Below are positions 1 to 10,782 of a stretch of DNA of 64,000 nucleotides, piece by piece. The translations under genes were made by a program, and so were the position numbers. Every line of letters starts with the position of its first letter. Within the stretch, counting starts at the first letter, position 1. Source of the DNA: Chloroflexota bacterium (GTDB lineage Bacteria > Chloroflexota > UBA11872 > VXOZ01); NCBI GenBank assembly GCA_963663275.1, contig OY760183.1:1792001-1856000 (forward strand), in the 5' to 3' direction. The notes under the pieces were generated by a model. It was not told the origin of the DNA and did no database searches. It saw only the letters and a program-made list of their open reading frames with translations.

Positions 1-244
1 CGATGTGGAAGCTTCAGCAGAGCATCTGGCGCAACTCGTGGAGGAAATGAAGGAGCACAACGTGCGGGCGGTCTTCGGTGAGACGATCACGAGCGAACGC
101 TTGGCGCAGAGCCTGGCAAACGAAACCGGCGCCACGCTGGTGCGCCTCTACTCGGATTCGCTGGGAGCCGAGGGCAGCGGCGCCGAGACATACATCGGTA
201 TGGTGCGGGCCAATGTGAAACTGGTTGTAGAGGCGTTGCAATGA
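1..244 (+). CDS. Zn/Mn ABC transporter substrate-binding protein (ZnuA/TroA family), C-terminal part, truncated by window edge
   Basis: EASAEHLAQL...VFGE...LYSDSLG...TYIGMVRANV C-terminal motif; directly upstream of ATPase and permease. Confidence 0.9.
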   Translation, partial: DVEASAEHLAQLVEEMKEHNVRAVFGETITSERLAQSLANETGATLVRLYSDSLGAEGSGAETYIGMVRANVKLVVEALQ

Positions 245-1014
245 TGAGCGCCAGCGGCGAAACGGATGGTTCAGAGCCGGCGCTTGTCGTTGAAGACCTG
301 GTTGTCGATCGGGGCGAGACTCAGGTCTTGAACGGTGTGACCTTTTCCGCCAAGAGAGGTCACATCATGGGCGTCATCGGCCCCAACGGCGCCGGCAAGA
401 GCACGCTCTTCAATACCCTCACCGGTCTGCTCCCGGCACGGGAGGGCCAGGTGCTCATTAACGGCAAGTCGATTGCCGAATCCCGTGGTTCTGTGGCATT
501 TGTGCCGCAACGGCAGAACATCAACTGGGACCTGCCCATGACCGTGTGGGACATGGTGATGCTGGGCCGCACACGGCGCATCGGCTGGTTTCGCCGTCCG
601 GGACGCGCCGACAAGCAAGCCGTGGAGGACGCCCTGAACCAGGTCTGGATGTGGGACCGGCGCGACGCCCTGATCAGCGAACTCTCCGGCGGACAGCAGC
701 AGCGCATCTTCGTCGCCCGGGCCCTGGCCCAGGGCGTGGACGTGCTGATCTTGGACGAGGCTTTTCGGGGCGTTGACTTTACCTCCCAAGAGGTCATGAC
801 GCTGGTCTTGCAGGAGATGCGCGACGCCGGAAAGACCATCCTCCTGGCCTCACATAACATCAGCTACGTGCGGCGGTTGTCCGACGAGTGCCTCTGCCTC
901 AACCGCGGCGTCGTCGCCTGCGGCCCCACGGCGGAGGTGCTGGTGCCGAAAGTTATGGAGGAACTATACCGCTCGTTGGAAATCTATCGCGCCTACGAGA
1001 GCGAGCAGGTCTAA
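241..1014 (+). CDS. Zn/Mn ABC transporter ATP-binding protein
   Basis: Walker A GPNGAGKST, signature LSGGQQQR, Walker B ILDE; 4-bp overlap with upstream gene. Confidence 0.95.
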   Translation: MMSASGETDGSEPALVVEDLVVDRGETQVLNGVTFSAKRGHIMGVIGPNGAGKSTLFNTLTGLLPAREGQVLINGKSIAESRGSVAFVPQRQNINWDLPMTVWDMVMLGRTRRIGWFRRPGRADKQAVEDALNQVWMWDRRDALISELSGGQQQRIFVARALAQGVDVLILDEAFRGVDFTSQEVMTLVLQEMRDAGKTILLASHNISYVRRLSDECLCLNRGVVACGPTAEVLVPKVMEELYRSLEIYRAYESEQV

Positions 1015-1836
1015 GTGGATGTCCTGGCAGACATCTTCATCGCGCCGTTCCAGTACGGCTTCATGCTGCGGGCATTGGTCGTATCGGTGCTGGTGGGGGT
1101 GATGTGCCCGATGCTGGGCGCGTACGTGGTTACTAAGGGCCTGGGGTTCATGGGCGACGCGCTTTCCCACGCGGTGCTGCCCGGCATGGTGGCGGCGTTC
1201 GTGATCGGCGTCAATCCCTTCCTGGGCGCGATGCCCATGGGCATCGTGGTGGCGCTGCTCAGCGGCTACCTCATCCGGCGGGCGGGCGTCAGCGCCGATA
1301 CCTCCGTGGGCATTCTCTTTGCCGGGCTCTTTGCCCTGGGCGTGGTGATGCTCTCGTTTACCCGGGGATTGCGGGTGAGCCTGGAGGACATTCTGCTCGG
1401 CCAGGTGCTGGGCGTGAACGGCCTGGACGTGCTCTTGACCGCGGTCCTGGCCGCCTTGGTGCTGGCGGTCCTGTATCTGCTCCATAAGGAACTGGTCTTT
1501 GCCAGTTTCGACCCGGCGGGCGCTACGGTCATCGGCCTGCCGACCCAGGCGCTGGACTATCTCCTGTTGGCGCTGCTGGCCGTAGTAATCGTGTTGGCCA
1601 TCCAGGCGGTGGGCATCGTGCTGGTGCTGGCCATGCTTATCACACCCGCCGCCACGTCGTTCCTGCTGGTGCGCAACTTCGTCGGCGCTATGCTCACGGG
1701 GGCGCTCCTGGGGGCAATCTCGGCCGTGGCGGGACTCTATCTTTCGTTCCACTACAACCTGCCGTCGGGGCCGGCGATGGCGCTGGTCGCTACGGTGATA
1801 TTCGCAATCGTGGTGTCGGTCAAGAAGGCACGCTAG
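1015..1836 (+). CDS. Zn/Mn ABC transporter permease (ABC-3 family)
   Basis: GDALSHAVLPG motif, hydrophobic helices, LITPAATS. Confidence 0.95.
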   Translation: MDVLADIFIAPFQYGFMLRALVVSVLVGVMCPMLGAYVVTKGLGFMGDALSHAVLPGMVAAFVIGVNPFLGAMPMGIVVALLSGYLIRRAGVSADTSVGILFAGLFALGVVMLSFTRGLRVSLEDILLGQVLGVNGLDVLLTAVLAALVLAVLYLLHKELVFASFDPAGATVIGLPTQALDYLLLALLAVVIVLAIQAVGIVLVLAMLITPAATSFLLVRNFVGAMLTGALLGAISAVAGLYLSFHYNLPSGPAMALVATVIFAIVVSVKKAR

Positions 1837-1848
1837 GAGAGATTGACA

Positions 1849-2766
1849 ATGTATCCAAACGGCGCGCAATTCTGCCTGAGCCTGACGTTCGACGTGGAGA
1901 TGTGCACCAACTTCCCCTACTGGACGTCGGTGTGGGACCATCACAAGGGCGCGATCGACTCGGATTGCAAGCAGTACATCCTGAAGCTGAACGCGGTGGC
2001 GGAGAAATTCGGCGTCAAGTTGCACTACTTCCTGGTGGGCAGCGCGCTGGAAGACCCGGACCTGGACTACCTGAAAGCCAGCGTGGACGCTGGGCACGCC
2101 CTGGGCAACCACACCTACACCCACGTCAACGTGCGGGCGCGGGACATCCCGCAGTTGCAGGTGACATACGCCGCCGCGCCCTGGCGCGCGCATGGCCGTT
2201 CGGCGCTGGCGTGCATCCGGGACGAATTGCGCCAGACCAGCCACGCCATGCGCGCGACGCTGGGCGTGGATCCAGTCGGCTTTCGCACGCCCGGCGGGTT
2301 TGTGGACGGTCTCAGCGGCGTTCCCGCGGTGCAGGATGTGTTGCAAGACGAGGGGTTCGGCTACGCCTCTTCGCACTACCGCTTTCCGGTCGATCCCACG
2401 CGCAAGCGGCCGCCGCGCGCGCACTTGGAAGCGGCCATGCGGGAGAGCCTCGATACCTTGCAGCCGTATCGCTACCCCAACGGCCTGCCGGAACTGCCGC
2501 CCACGGGCATCACCGACATCTGGGGATTCCGCTACCTGGATCTGGATCGCTGGGAGTTCATCGACGTGCTCAAGCACGGCATCGATCACGCCCACGCTCG
2601 CGGCCAGGTGTTTACTATGACCTTCCATCCGCCGGTGCTGGCAGCGAGAGATCCGCACTGCGACGTGCTGGAAACGGTCTTGCCCTACGCATTGGAGAAG
2701 CCCGGCGGCTGCTGGGTCGCCACGAACGACGAGATTTACGACCGCGTCGTGCCGCATATCGCTTGA
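1849..2766 (+). CDS. Polysaccharide deacetylase (NodB/CE4-like) family protein
   Basis: LTFDVE, GNHTYTH, GFRTPGG and TFHP motifs; ATG at 1849 after GGAGA. Confidence 0.8.
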   Translation: MYPNGAQFCLSLTFDVEMCTNFPYWTSVWDHHKGAIDSDCKQYILKLNAVAEKFGVKLHYFLVGSALEDPDLDYLKASVDAGHALGNHTYTHVNVRARDIPQLQVTYAAAPWRAHGRSALACIRDELRQTSHAMRATLGVDPVGFRTPGGFVDGLSGVPAVQDVLQDEGFGYASSHYRFPVDPTRKRPPRAHLEAAMRESLDTLQPYRYPNGLPELPPTGITDIWGFRYLDLDRWEFIDVLKHGIDHAHARGQVFTMTFHPPVLAARDPHCDVLETVLPYALEKPGGCWVATNDEIYDRVVPHIA

Positions 2767-2844
2767 GCGCCGCTGGGTAAGGCAGTCTCCCCGCAGCGGT
2801 CATTGGGCGTAGCGAGACAGGGCGTTTCGTCGTTCTCTCCCTCG

Positions 2845-2975
2845 GGGAGCTTTGCACAGTCCCAACTGGTAAGCGAAAAGACTCCCTCTCCCCGGGGAGA
2901 GGGCCGGGGTGAGGGGGGAATCGCCGCCGCTCCAGCCCAATTCCGTGTGTTTGGCAGACTTACGCACAACTCTCC
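2845..2975. mobile_element. Degenerate MITE-like element containing a family C hairpin; homologous (inverted) to 40229-40405
   Basis: GGGAGCTTTGCA end; internal ccctctccccggggagagggccggggtgagggg; colinear similarity to the reverse complement of 40229-40405. Confidence 0.55.
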
Positions 2976-3044
2976 CTGGGTAGAATAGAATTATCGTGAC
3001 GTGATGTTCGCGCAAGCCGCGCACGTAATGCAAGGATACGCCTC

Positions 3045-4817
3045 TTGACCATTGACGTTGCCACGCTCACCGCGCTGCGCCGGGAGTTCGCCGATACCAT
3101 CGTGGGCGGACGGATACAGCGCGTGCTGCACCCGGGCAATCTGGCGGTGGCCTTTGAAATCTACGCCCGGGGCGAGACCTGGTGGCTCATCATCGACGCC
3201 GCGCCCCAAGCGCCCCATTGCTATCTGACCCGCGAGCGGCCGGCGCGCGCCGGTGACAACGTGACCCCGTTGCTGCTCCTGCTGCGCAAGTACGCCCGCA
3301 ACGGACGCCTCATCGCGGTGGAACAGCCGCCGTGGGAGCGGGTGCTGCAATTCACCCTCCACGCGCGGGTGGACGACGATATTGTGGAAACCACGCTCAT
3401 CGCCGAGATCATGGGGCGCACGAGCAACCTGGTGCTGGTGGATGCCGACGGCGTGATTCTGGAAAGCCTGAAGCGGGTGGACGCCTCCATCAACCGCTAC
3501 CGGCAAGTGCTGCCCAGACTGCCCTATGTCCCGCCGCCGCCGCTGGCGCGTCCCGATCCCCTTGCGGCGCAGGCGTCGCTGCTGGAAGCCGCGGCCCAGT
3601 CCGAGAAGAAACAACCCGCCTGGCGCGTGCTGATGGGGCAGACCAGCGGCATCGGGCCGCTGCTCGCCCGGGAGGCGGTCTATCGCGCGGCGGGTGATGC
3701 CGCAGCGCCGGCGGCGGATTCGGATTGGCCAGGGGTGTTGGGAGCGGCGCGGGACGTGTTTACGCAGGTGGCAAGCGGCGAACTCACGCCGTGCGTGGCG
3801 CGTGCTGCGGAAGGCGCAATCACCGCCTACGCCCCCTATACATTGAGCATGTTTCCGCAGCGCGATGACGTGGAGTCAATGAGCGCCGCCATCGAGATGT
3901 TCTACCGGGAACAGGGCAAAGCGCCGCCGCGCCGCCAAGCGCAAGACCTGGGCCAGAAGCCGCTTCTAACGGCGCTCCAGGAGCGCCTGGGCCAACTCCG
4001 GCAGCGGCGGCGCGCTCTGGAACGGCAGCGGGCCGAGGCCGCCGACGCGGAGGAGTGGCGGCGCAAAGGCGACCTGGTGCTGGCCTACGGCTACAGTGTT
4101 CCGCCGGGCGGCGACGCGATTGAGGTGGACGGCGAGACGATTTGGATCGATCCGCAGGAACCGGTGGCCGCGAACGCCGATACCTACTTTGCCGCATACA
4201 AGCGCAAGAAACGGGCGCAGGAGGAAGTGCCGGGGCTGCTGCGCAAGGTTGAGAATGAACACGCCTACTGCGAGCAGGCGGAGTCGCTGCTGGAATCCGC
4301 CGAGACGCCCGGCGACGTGCGCGCGCTGCGCGCCGAACTGCGCGAACAGGGCATCGTGGGCGGCGGCCAACCGAAAAAGGGCGGCCAGGCGGGCAAGGGC
4401 AAGGGAAGAGGCAAGGGACGCGCGAGCAAGCGGGGCAGGGACGCGGACGAGGGCGCGCGGCCGGTCTCGTTCTGGCTCGACGGCGTGCAGGCGCTGGTGG
4501 GGCGCAGCGGCGCGCAGAACGACGCGGCCCTGCGCCTGGCCGACCCGAACGACCTGTGGCTGCACGCCCGCAACGTGCCCGGCGCGCACACGGTCCTGCG
4601 CTCCGGCGGCCGCGACGTGCCGGACGAAATCATCCACCAGGCCGCCCAAGTCGCCGCCTACTACAGCAAACTCCGCGCCGCCGCCAGCGCCGAGGTGGAC
4701 GTCACCCGCCGCCGCTACGTCCGCCGCATCCCCGGCGCCCATCCCGGCCTCGTCACCTACCGCAACGAGTACACCATCCGCGTCAAACCTATGCCGCTAC
4801 CGCTGCCGGAACGGTGA
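3045..4817 (+). CDS. rqcH: NFACT/FbpA family ribosome quality control protein (RqcH/Rqc2)
   Basis: ERVL...EIMGRTSNLVLVD N-terminal domain; GRSGAQND, DLWLHARNVPGAH, AAYYSK and G-V-Y C-terminal domain. Confidence 0.9.
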   Translation: MTIDVATLTALRREFADTIVGGRIQRVLHPGNLAVAFEIYARGETWWLIIDAAPQAPHCYLTRERPARAGDNVTPLLLLLRKYARNGRLIAVEQPPWERVLQFTLHARVDDDIVETTLIAEIMGRTSNLVLVDADGVILESLKRVDASINRYRQVLPRLPYVPPPPLARPDPLAAQASLLEAAAQSEKKQPAWRVLMGQTSGIGPLLAREAVYRAAGDAAAPAADSDWPGVLGAARDVFTQVASGELTPCVARAAEGAITAYAPYTLSMFPQRDDVESMSAAIEMFYREQGKAPPRRQAQDLGQKPLLTALQERLGQLRQRRRALERQRAEAADAEEWRRKGDLVLAYGYSVPPGGDAIEVDGETIWIDPQEPVAANADTYFAAYKRKKRAQEEVPGLLRKVENEHAYCEQAESLLESAETPGDVRALRAELREQGIVGGGQPKKGGQAGKGKGRGKGRASKRGRDADEGARPVSFWLDGVQALVGRSGAQNDAALRLADPNDLWLHARNVPGAHTVLRSGGRDVPDEIIHQAAQVAAYYSKLRAAASAEVDVTRRRYVRRIPGAHPGLVTYRNEYTIRVKPMPLPLPER

Positions 4818-5010
4818 TGCCCAGTTCATTTGAGAGTATGCTCACTTCTTCGACTTCGTGCTAACCGTTCACATTGAAGATGCCGATAGGCAAGTTGCGG
4901 AGTTGGAAAGACCAAATTCGTGCACGTATGACACTCCATGCTTCGACAGGCTCAACACGAACGAGCGGCAATCACTCGGGCGCGGGTGAATACCGCGTTA
5001 GCCGTTGGCG

Positions 5011-7290
5011 CTAGCAATTGCGCGGCGTCCAGTTCAGGTGCTTATCGAGAAACGGAAACGTCCCCGCGCTTTCGATCATGTGGCCGCCGTCGAAGTAGTG
5101 GATGGTGGCGCGGTCGGGGATTTTGAGGTCGGCGTAGCGGCGTTGGACGCGGGCGTATTCGTAGGCGCACCATTCGTCGGAGGCGACGCCGTCGCGGTGG
5201 CCGCGCTCGACCATGAAGGGGCGCGGCGCCATCAGGTAGGCCATTTCGGCGTAGTTGAAGGTCTGGCCCAGGTTGAACTCCTGCATCTCCCACTCGTGGT
5301 TGAACATGTAGCCGGAGAAGTAGTCGGTGCTGGCGCACTTGCGCGCCCACTCGTTGAAGTCGCCTGAGCAGATTGACAGCGCGTACTGGGTGAGCACCGT
5401 GGGGATGCGCATGGCCGCCTTGCCGCCGTAGGAGAGACCGTAGAAGCCGATGCGGTCGGGAGCGACAAACGGCAGCGTGGCGAGCCAGTCAAGCGTCTGT
5501 TGGTGCTGGGCGATGGCGAACGTGAAGAGCGTCCAGCCCAGAGGATTCGCCTTGCGCTGGAGCGTGCGGAACTCGTGGTAGCCGATGTAGGGATTCTGCG
5601 GCGCGTACGTGACGTAGCCGCGTTCGGCCAGCCGGGCGGCAAAGGCATGGTACGGGCCGTTTCCTTCCTTGATGACGTCCTCCGGTCGGCCTTCCAGACC
5701 GTGCTGGCAGACCACGACCGGCCGCTTCTCTCCCGGCTCTACGTTCTTGGGCACCAGCAGGATGCCGTGGGCAAAGATGTCGGGCAGCACGTCCAGCGTA
5801 ATCTCGTAGCCGTTCCAGGCGTCGTTTTCGCCCCAGGGACGGCTCTGCGCGTTGAAGGGCAGGCTGGGTTCCGGGCAGCGGCCGATGAGGTCTTCCCAGA
5901 AGCGATTTCTGTAAGTGGCGGCGGACTCTTCCCACGCCTCCAGCGAAGATGTGTCGGCTTCCGACCAGAAGTCTTCCCGCGTGCGCCACGCCACTTCAAG
6001 GCGTTGCTGAACGTGGGTCACAATCTGGTTGAACTGCCGCTCTAGGCGCGCATCGGGGTCAAAGGCAGTACGAGCGTCACGCGGCGCGGTTGCCGTTGCT
6101 TCCCCGCGCGATTCGACGCCCAGGCCGTGCAGCAAGGCCGCTAGCGCGGCAGTCGAACCCGGGCCGGCATCCTCCGCCGGTGGTTCAACCAGAATGAGGC
6201 GATCTGCGGCATCGTGCGCGGCGTAGGCGGGACGGGCGCGTTCCACTTCAGCCGCCACTTCCGCTAGCGGTGCGGGGGCGATCGCGCCGGGCGCGGCCAC
6301 CTGACCGCGCGCGTTCTCCAGACCGCGTATCGGCGGCTTGCCGGGGACGTCGGGCGCGGGCGCCGCCTCGATTATCAAGGGGCGCGGCGCAATCATGCTC
6401 GCCAGTTCCGCGTCGCTGAAGCCGCGCAGCAGCCGCCAGACGTTGCGGTAGAGCGGCTCCTGCCACAATTGCGTGCGGTTGCGGAAGTAGCCGCTTACGC
6501 CGACCGCGGCAATGCGCTCGTCCAGCGCGCCGCTGTAGAGCGCCAGCAAGCCGCCCTCGCCGTAGCCAAACACCGCCACCGGCGCGTCCTCCGGCGCGGG
6601 TTGCGCCGAAAAGTAGTCCACCAGCGCCAGAATCTTCTGTACCTCGTAGCCGATGACGTGGCGTCCCATCTCGCAGGCCATGCGGTAGATGAACTCGCGG
6701 TGGGGCTGGTCGGTCATGCGAATGGCCGGATTGCCGGAAAAAGCGTGCGCGCGGTCGATGAGCGTGGGCACGACCACCTGGCAGCCTTGTTCCACCAAGC
6801 GCCGGGCGAACTGCCGCTCCGGTTCCAGGCCGGGCGCGAGACCGGCCAGCGTCTCCGGCGTCCAATCGGCGTCGGGCAGGGCGATCACGTGGGCGATTGG
6901 CGGCTGCTTGGGCCGCAGCAGCAGGCCCTCGCCCTCCACGCCGTCCAACACCGGCCAACGAATCGCGTGCACGTCGTACGCGCGGGTGGCGGCGACGCGG
7001 AACGGGTCGCGGGTGGAGCAGACGAACTCCAGCGCGGAGACCGGTTTGCGTTCGTCGATCACGCCAACGTTGCGCGCGAATTCCTGCCGTTTATCGTCAA
7101 CGCGGGATTCCAGTGACGCACCGGAATCTCCCAGCGACCGCAGCGCGGTCTCCGCCTCCCGGTCGGCGGCGTCAAGTTCGCGGTCCAGATAGCGATGGAT
7201 GCCGGCGATCATCTGGGCGGCAACGTCGCCTTCACGTGTCAGCGCCGCCGTTCCCGGCAGACGGGAGGCAGCGCGCTCGATTTGACCCAT
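5011..7290 (-). CDS. Two-domain alpha/beta hydrolase (dienelactone hydrolase/acetyl xylan esterase-like)
   Basis: CQHGLEG, GFYGLSYGG nucleophile elbow, FDGGH; start at 7290 after AAAGG RBS. Confidence 0.75.
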   Translation of the reverse strand: MGQIERAASRLPGTAALTREGDVAAQMIAGIHRYLDRELDAADREAETALRSLGDSGASLESRVDDKRQEFARNVGVIDERKPVSALEFVCSTRDPFRVAATRAYDVHAIRWPVLDGVEGEGLLLRPKQPPIAHVIALPDADWTPETLAGLAPGLEPERQFARRLVEQGCQVVVPTLIDRAHAFSGNPAIRMTDQPHREFIYRMACEMGRHVIGYEVQKILALVDYFSAQPAPEDAPVAVFGYGEGGLLALYSGALDERIAAVGVSGYFRNRTQLWQEPLYRNVWRLLRGFSDAELASMIAPRPLIIEAAPAPDVPGKPPIRGLENARGQVAAPGAIAPAPLAEVAAEVERARPAYAAHDAADRLILVEPPAEDAGPGSTAALAALLHGLGVESRGEATATAPRDARTAFDPDARLERQFNQIVTHVQQRLEVAWRTREDFWSEADTSSLEAWEESAATYRNRFWEDLIGRCPEPSLPFNAQSRPWGENDAWNGYEITLDVLPDIFAHGILLVPKNVEPGEKRPVVVCQHGLEGRPEDVIKEGNGPYHAFAARLAERGYVTYAPQNPYIGYHEFRTLQRKANPLGWTLFTFAIAQHQQTLDWLATLPFVAPDRIGFYGLSYGGKAAMRIPTVLTQYALSICSGDFNEWARKCASTDYFSGYMFNHEWEMQEFNLGQTFNYAEMAYLMAPRPFMVERGHRDGVASDEWCAYEYARVQRRYADLKIPDRATIHYFDGGHMIESAGTFPFLDKHLNWTPRNC

Positions 7291-7432
7291 GGTAGCGGCT
7301 TTCCTTTGTTCCCTACGAGTATTCACTAGCACGGTAGCGCGGCAACGTAGTGTTGCGCAAGCGCGGTTAGGCTTCAGTATAATCGGATGCAGTGGCAAGG
7401 TAGCTTCACAGGCAGGAATTTTCAGGCCCGGT

Positions 7433-8656
7433 ATGAGCGAGAATCCCGTACTCGACATTGCCATCGTTGGCGGCGGCATCGTCGGTCTCTCCACGGCCTT
7501 GACATTGGCTCAACGCCACCGGGGTTTGGGCATCACGGTCTTCGAGAAGGAGACCGACGTCGCCCAACACCAGACCGGCCACAACAGCGGCGTGATACAC
7601 TCCGGCATCTACTACCGGCCCGGCTCGCTGCGGGCGCGCATGGCGGTGGCGGGATCCGAGCGCATGGTGGCCTTTTGCGCGGAGCACGGCATTCCCTACG
7701 ACCGCTGCGGCAAGGTGATTGTGGCCACTGCGGAGGCGCAGATTCCCGCGCTGGAGGAATTGGCGCGCCGGGCCGCGGCCAACGGCGTGCCGGGTACCCG
7801 CTTGATCGGCCCGGAAGAACTGAAGGAACTGGAGCCTTACGCCACCGGCGTGCGCGCGCTTCACGTGCCCAGCGCCGGCATCGTGGACTACAGCTTGGTG
7901 GCGCGGAAATACCGGGAACTCTTCGAAGCTGCCGGCGGCCGGGTGCGCACCGGCGCGGAAGTGACCGCTGTCGCGGACGAATCTAACGGGCTGCGGCTGG
8001 AGATTCGCGGCCAAGCTGAGGCGCGGAGTAGGCGCGTCATCACGTGCGGCGGGCTGTTCGCGGATCGGGTCAGCATTGCCGCCGGTCTCAGGCCGCCGCT
8101 GAAGATCGCGCCTTTTCGCGGCGAGTACTCCGCGCTCGTGCCGGAGAAACGCTACCTGGTGCGCAACATGATCTATCCCGTCGCCAATCCCGCCTTTCCT
8201 TTTCTGGGCGTGCACTTCACGCGGCGCATCGACGGCGCCATTGAAGTGGGGCCGAACGCCGTGTTCGCCTTCAAGCGCCAGGGCTACCGCTGGCGGGACG
8301 TGAGCCTCGGCGACACGCTGGACATTCTGGGCTACGTGGGGTTTTGGCGCATGGCGGCCCGCTACTGGCGCACGGGACTGGGGGAAGTGTACCGTTCGCT
8401 GCACAAGCGGGCCATGGTGAAGGAGTTGCGGAAGTTGGTGCCGGACGTCACGGCGCCGGACCTGGTGCGCGCGGGGTCCGGCGTGCGGGCGCAGGCGCTT
8501 GACCGGCAGGGGAAGTTGATCGAGGACTTCCACATCGTGCGGGAACCGCGCGTGATCCACGTGCTGAATGCACCCTCGCCGGCGGCGACGGCGTCGTTGA
8601 GCATTGGCGAAGCCGTGGCGGACATGGCGGCTGAGTGGCTGTCGTCGGGGAAGTAG
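7433..8656 (+). CDS. lhgO: L-2-hydroxyglutarate oxidase
   Basis: GGGIVG FAD motif, HQTGHNSGVIHSGIYY, PFRGEY, FPFLGVHFT, NAPSPAATASL. Confidence 0.92.
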   Translation: MSENPVLDIAIVGGGIVGLSTALTLAQRHRGLGITVFEKETDVAQHQTGHNSGVIHSGIYYRPGSLRARMAVAGSERMVAFCAEHGIPYDRCGKVIVATAEAQIPALEELARRAAANGVPGTRLIGPEELKELEPYATGVRALHVPSAGIVDYSLVARKYRELFEAAGGRVRTGAEVTAVADESNGLRLEIRGQAEARSRRVITCGGLFADRVSIAAGLRPPLKIAPFRGEYSALVPEKRYLVRNMIYPVANPAFPFLGVHFTRRIDGAIEVGPNAVFAFKRQGYRWRDVSLGDTLDILGYVGFWRMAARYWRTGLGEVYRSLHKRAMVKELRKLVPDVTAPDLVRAGSGVRAQALDRQGKLIEDFHIVREPRVIHVLNAPSPAATASLSIGEAVADMAAEWLSSGK

Positions 8657-8686
8657 GCGCGGCGCGTGTGCGCGGATGAAGATTTG

Positions 8687-8719
8687 CCCTCACCCTAACC
8701 CTCTCCCACGGGAGAGGGG
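8687..8719 (+). repeat. Family C hairpin repeat (ccctcaccctaaccctctccc-NNN-gggagaggg); other copies near 2884, 10096, 12364, 17744 (split), 33292, 35252, 40288, 44938 (split)
   Basis: Near-identical intergenic copies on both strands. Confidence 0.9.
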
Positions 8720-8759
8720 ATTGCCGATTCTAAACAGGAAGAAGCGCGCCAGGTCCACA

Positions 8760-8789
8760 TTGCCGCGCGCGCGGCGAAAGCGTTATACT
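8760..8789 (+). promoter_or_regulatory. Putative sigma70 promoter of rpsB
   Basis: TTGCCG-N18-TATACT about 180 bp upstream of rpsB. Confidence 0.45.
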
Positions 8790-8968
8790 GTTTTAGATAG
8801 GCGAAGAGCCGTCGCGCGGGGCGATGCGCGCGGCGACAAAACACAAGCAGAGTAGCAGCAAGCCTCAGCGCGTGCAGGCGTAAGTGGCGCATGTTCCCAA
8901 GCATGAGTTTCACTTGGAGCAAGTTGAAGCGCGCGTAGGCGCAGGAGTGCGGAAGGGGTCGCGAACGA

Positions 8969-9847
<879 letters not shown>

Positions 9848-10219
9848 CGCCGTTTCAGGTTGAAAGCGGCGGCCGCGCGGCGCGGCGGCAGTGTAACGAT
9901 CAGGTTGGCATTGGCGGCAGCGAGAGGAGGCGGCGCGCGTTGTGCGCATCCGACGAGGGATGTTCCATCGAAACGGCCGCCGCCCATGGCGCCGGCGCGT
10001 TGAACCGTTGGGTTCAGTTCCCTGCTTTCAGGATGAGCGCCAGGTTTCGCGTTGGCCCCCATTCCTGGGGGACTCGGCTGAATTCCGTCTTGTTTCCCTC
10101 TCCCTCAGGGAGAGGGCCAGGGTGAGGGTGAACGAGCAGGGCAGAAACACGTTGATGTGGCAATAAGCGCCGCCGTTCCGGCATTGGGCGGCCGCGCAAA
10201 GGGAGATTGAATTCAAGCA

Positions 10220-10726
10220 ATGGCAACCGTGACGATCGGGGACATCAAGGCGCTGCGCGAGCAAACCGGCGCGGGCATCATGGACTGCAAGCGGGCGCTG
10301 GAGGAAGCGGACGGCGACCAAGCCGCGGCCAAGAAACTGCTGGACGAGCAGGGCCTGGCGAAAGCCGCGAAGCGCGCCGACCGCGAGGCTTCGCAGGGTT
10401 TGGTGCATTCCTACATCCACGGCGATGGGCGCGTCGGCGTGCTGGTGGAAGTGAATTGTGAAACCGACTTCGTGGCGCGCACCGACGAGTTCAAGCACCT
10501 GGTGCACGAGATCGCGCTGCACGTGGCCGGTATGAACCCCGAGTTCGTGAGCGAAGCGGATTTGCCGGAGGACTACGAGGGCAATCCGGAGGAAGCGGTG
10601 CTGTTGGCGCAGCCGTTCGTGCGCGACCCGTCGCTCACCGTCGCGGACCTCATCAAGCAGACCATTGCCAAGACCGGCGAGAACGTCGTCATCCGGCGCT
10701 TCTGCCGCTACGAGCGCGGGATGTAG
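10220..10726 (+). CDS. tsf: Elongation factor Ts (short form)
   Basis: IKALREQTGAGIMDCKRAL, EVNCETDFVA, KTGENVVIRRF. Confidence 0.98.
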   Translation: MATVTIGDIKALREQTGAGIMDCKRALEEADGDQAAAKKLLDEQGLAKAAKRADREASQGLVHSYIHGDGRVGVLVEVNCETDFVARTDEFKHLVHEIALHVAGMNPEFVSEADLPEDYEGNPEEAVLLAQPFVRDPSLTVADLIKQTIAKTGENVVIRRFCRYERGM

Positions 10727-10782
10727 CGCGCGCTCATTAGCTTTAGCGCCGGCGGCCGGCGCCCCGCGAGCAGAGAGGACCC

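Noticed and set aside
964-2757. 597-aa minus-strand ORF and similar long antisense ORFs (e.g. 36071-37771, 40496-42007, 42102-43724)
   Set aside because: Shadow frames of well-supported genes on the opposite strand, expected at high GC; no motifs
4818-4935. AT-richer stretch after rqcH as a gene remnant
   Set aside because: No recognisable reading frame or motif
7289-7494. Overlapping N-terminal extensions of lhgO and the hydrolase in the ORF track
   Set aside because: Motif-bearing sequence starts at 7433 and 7290; the gap is a divergent promoter region with TATAAT at 7378
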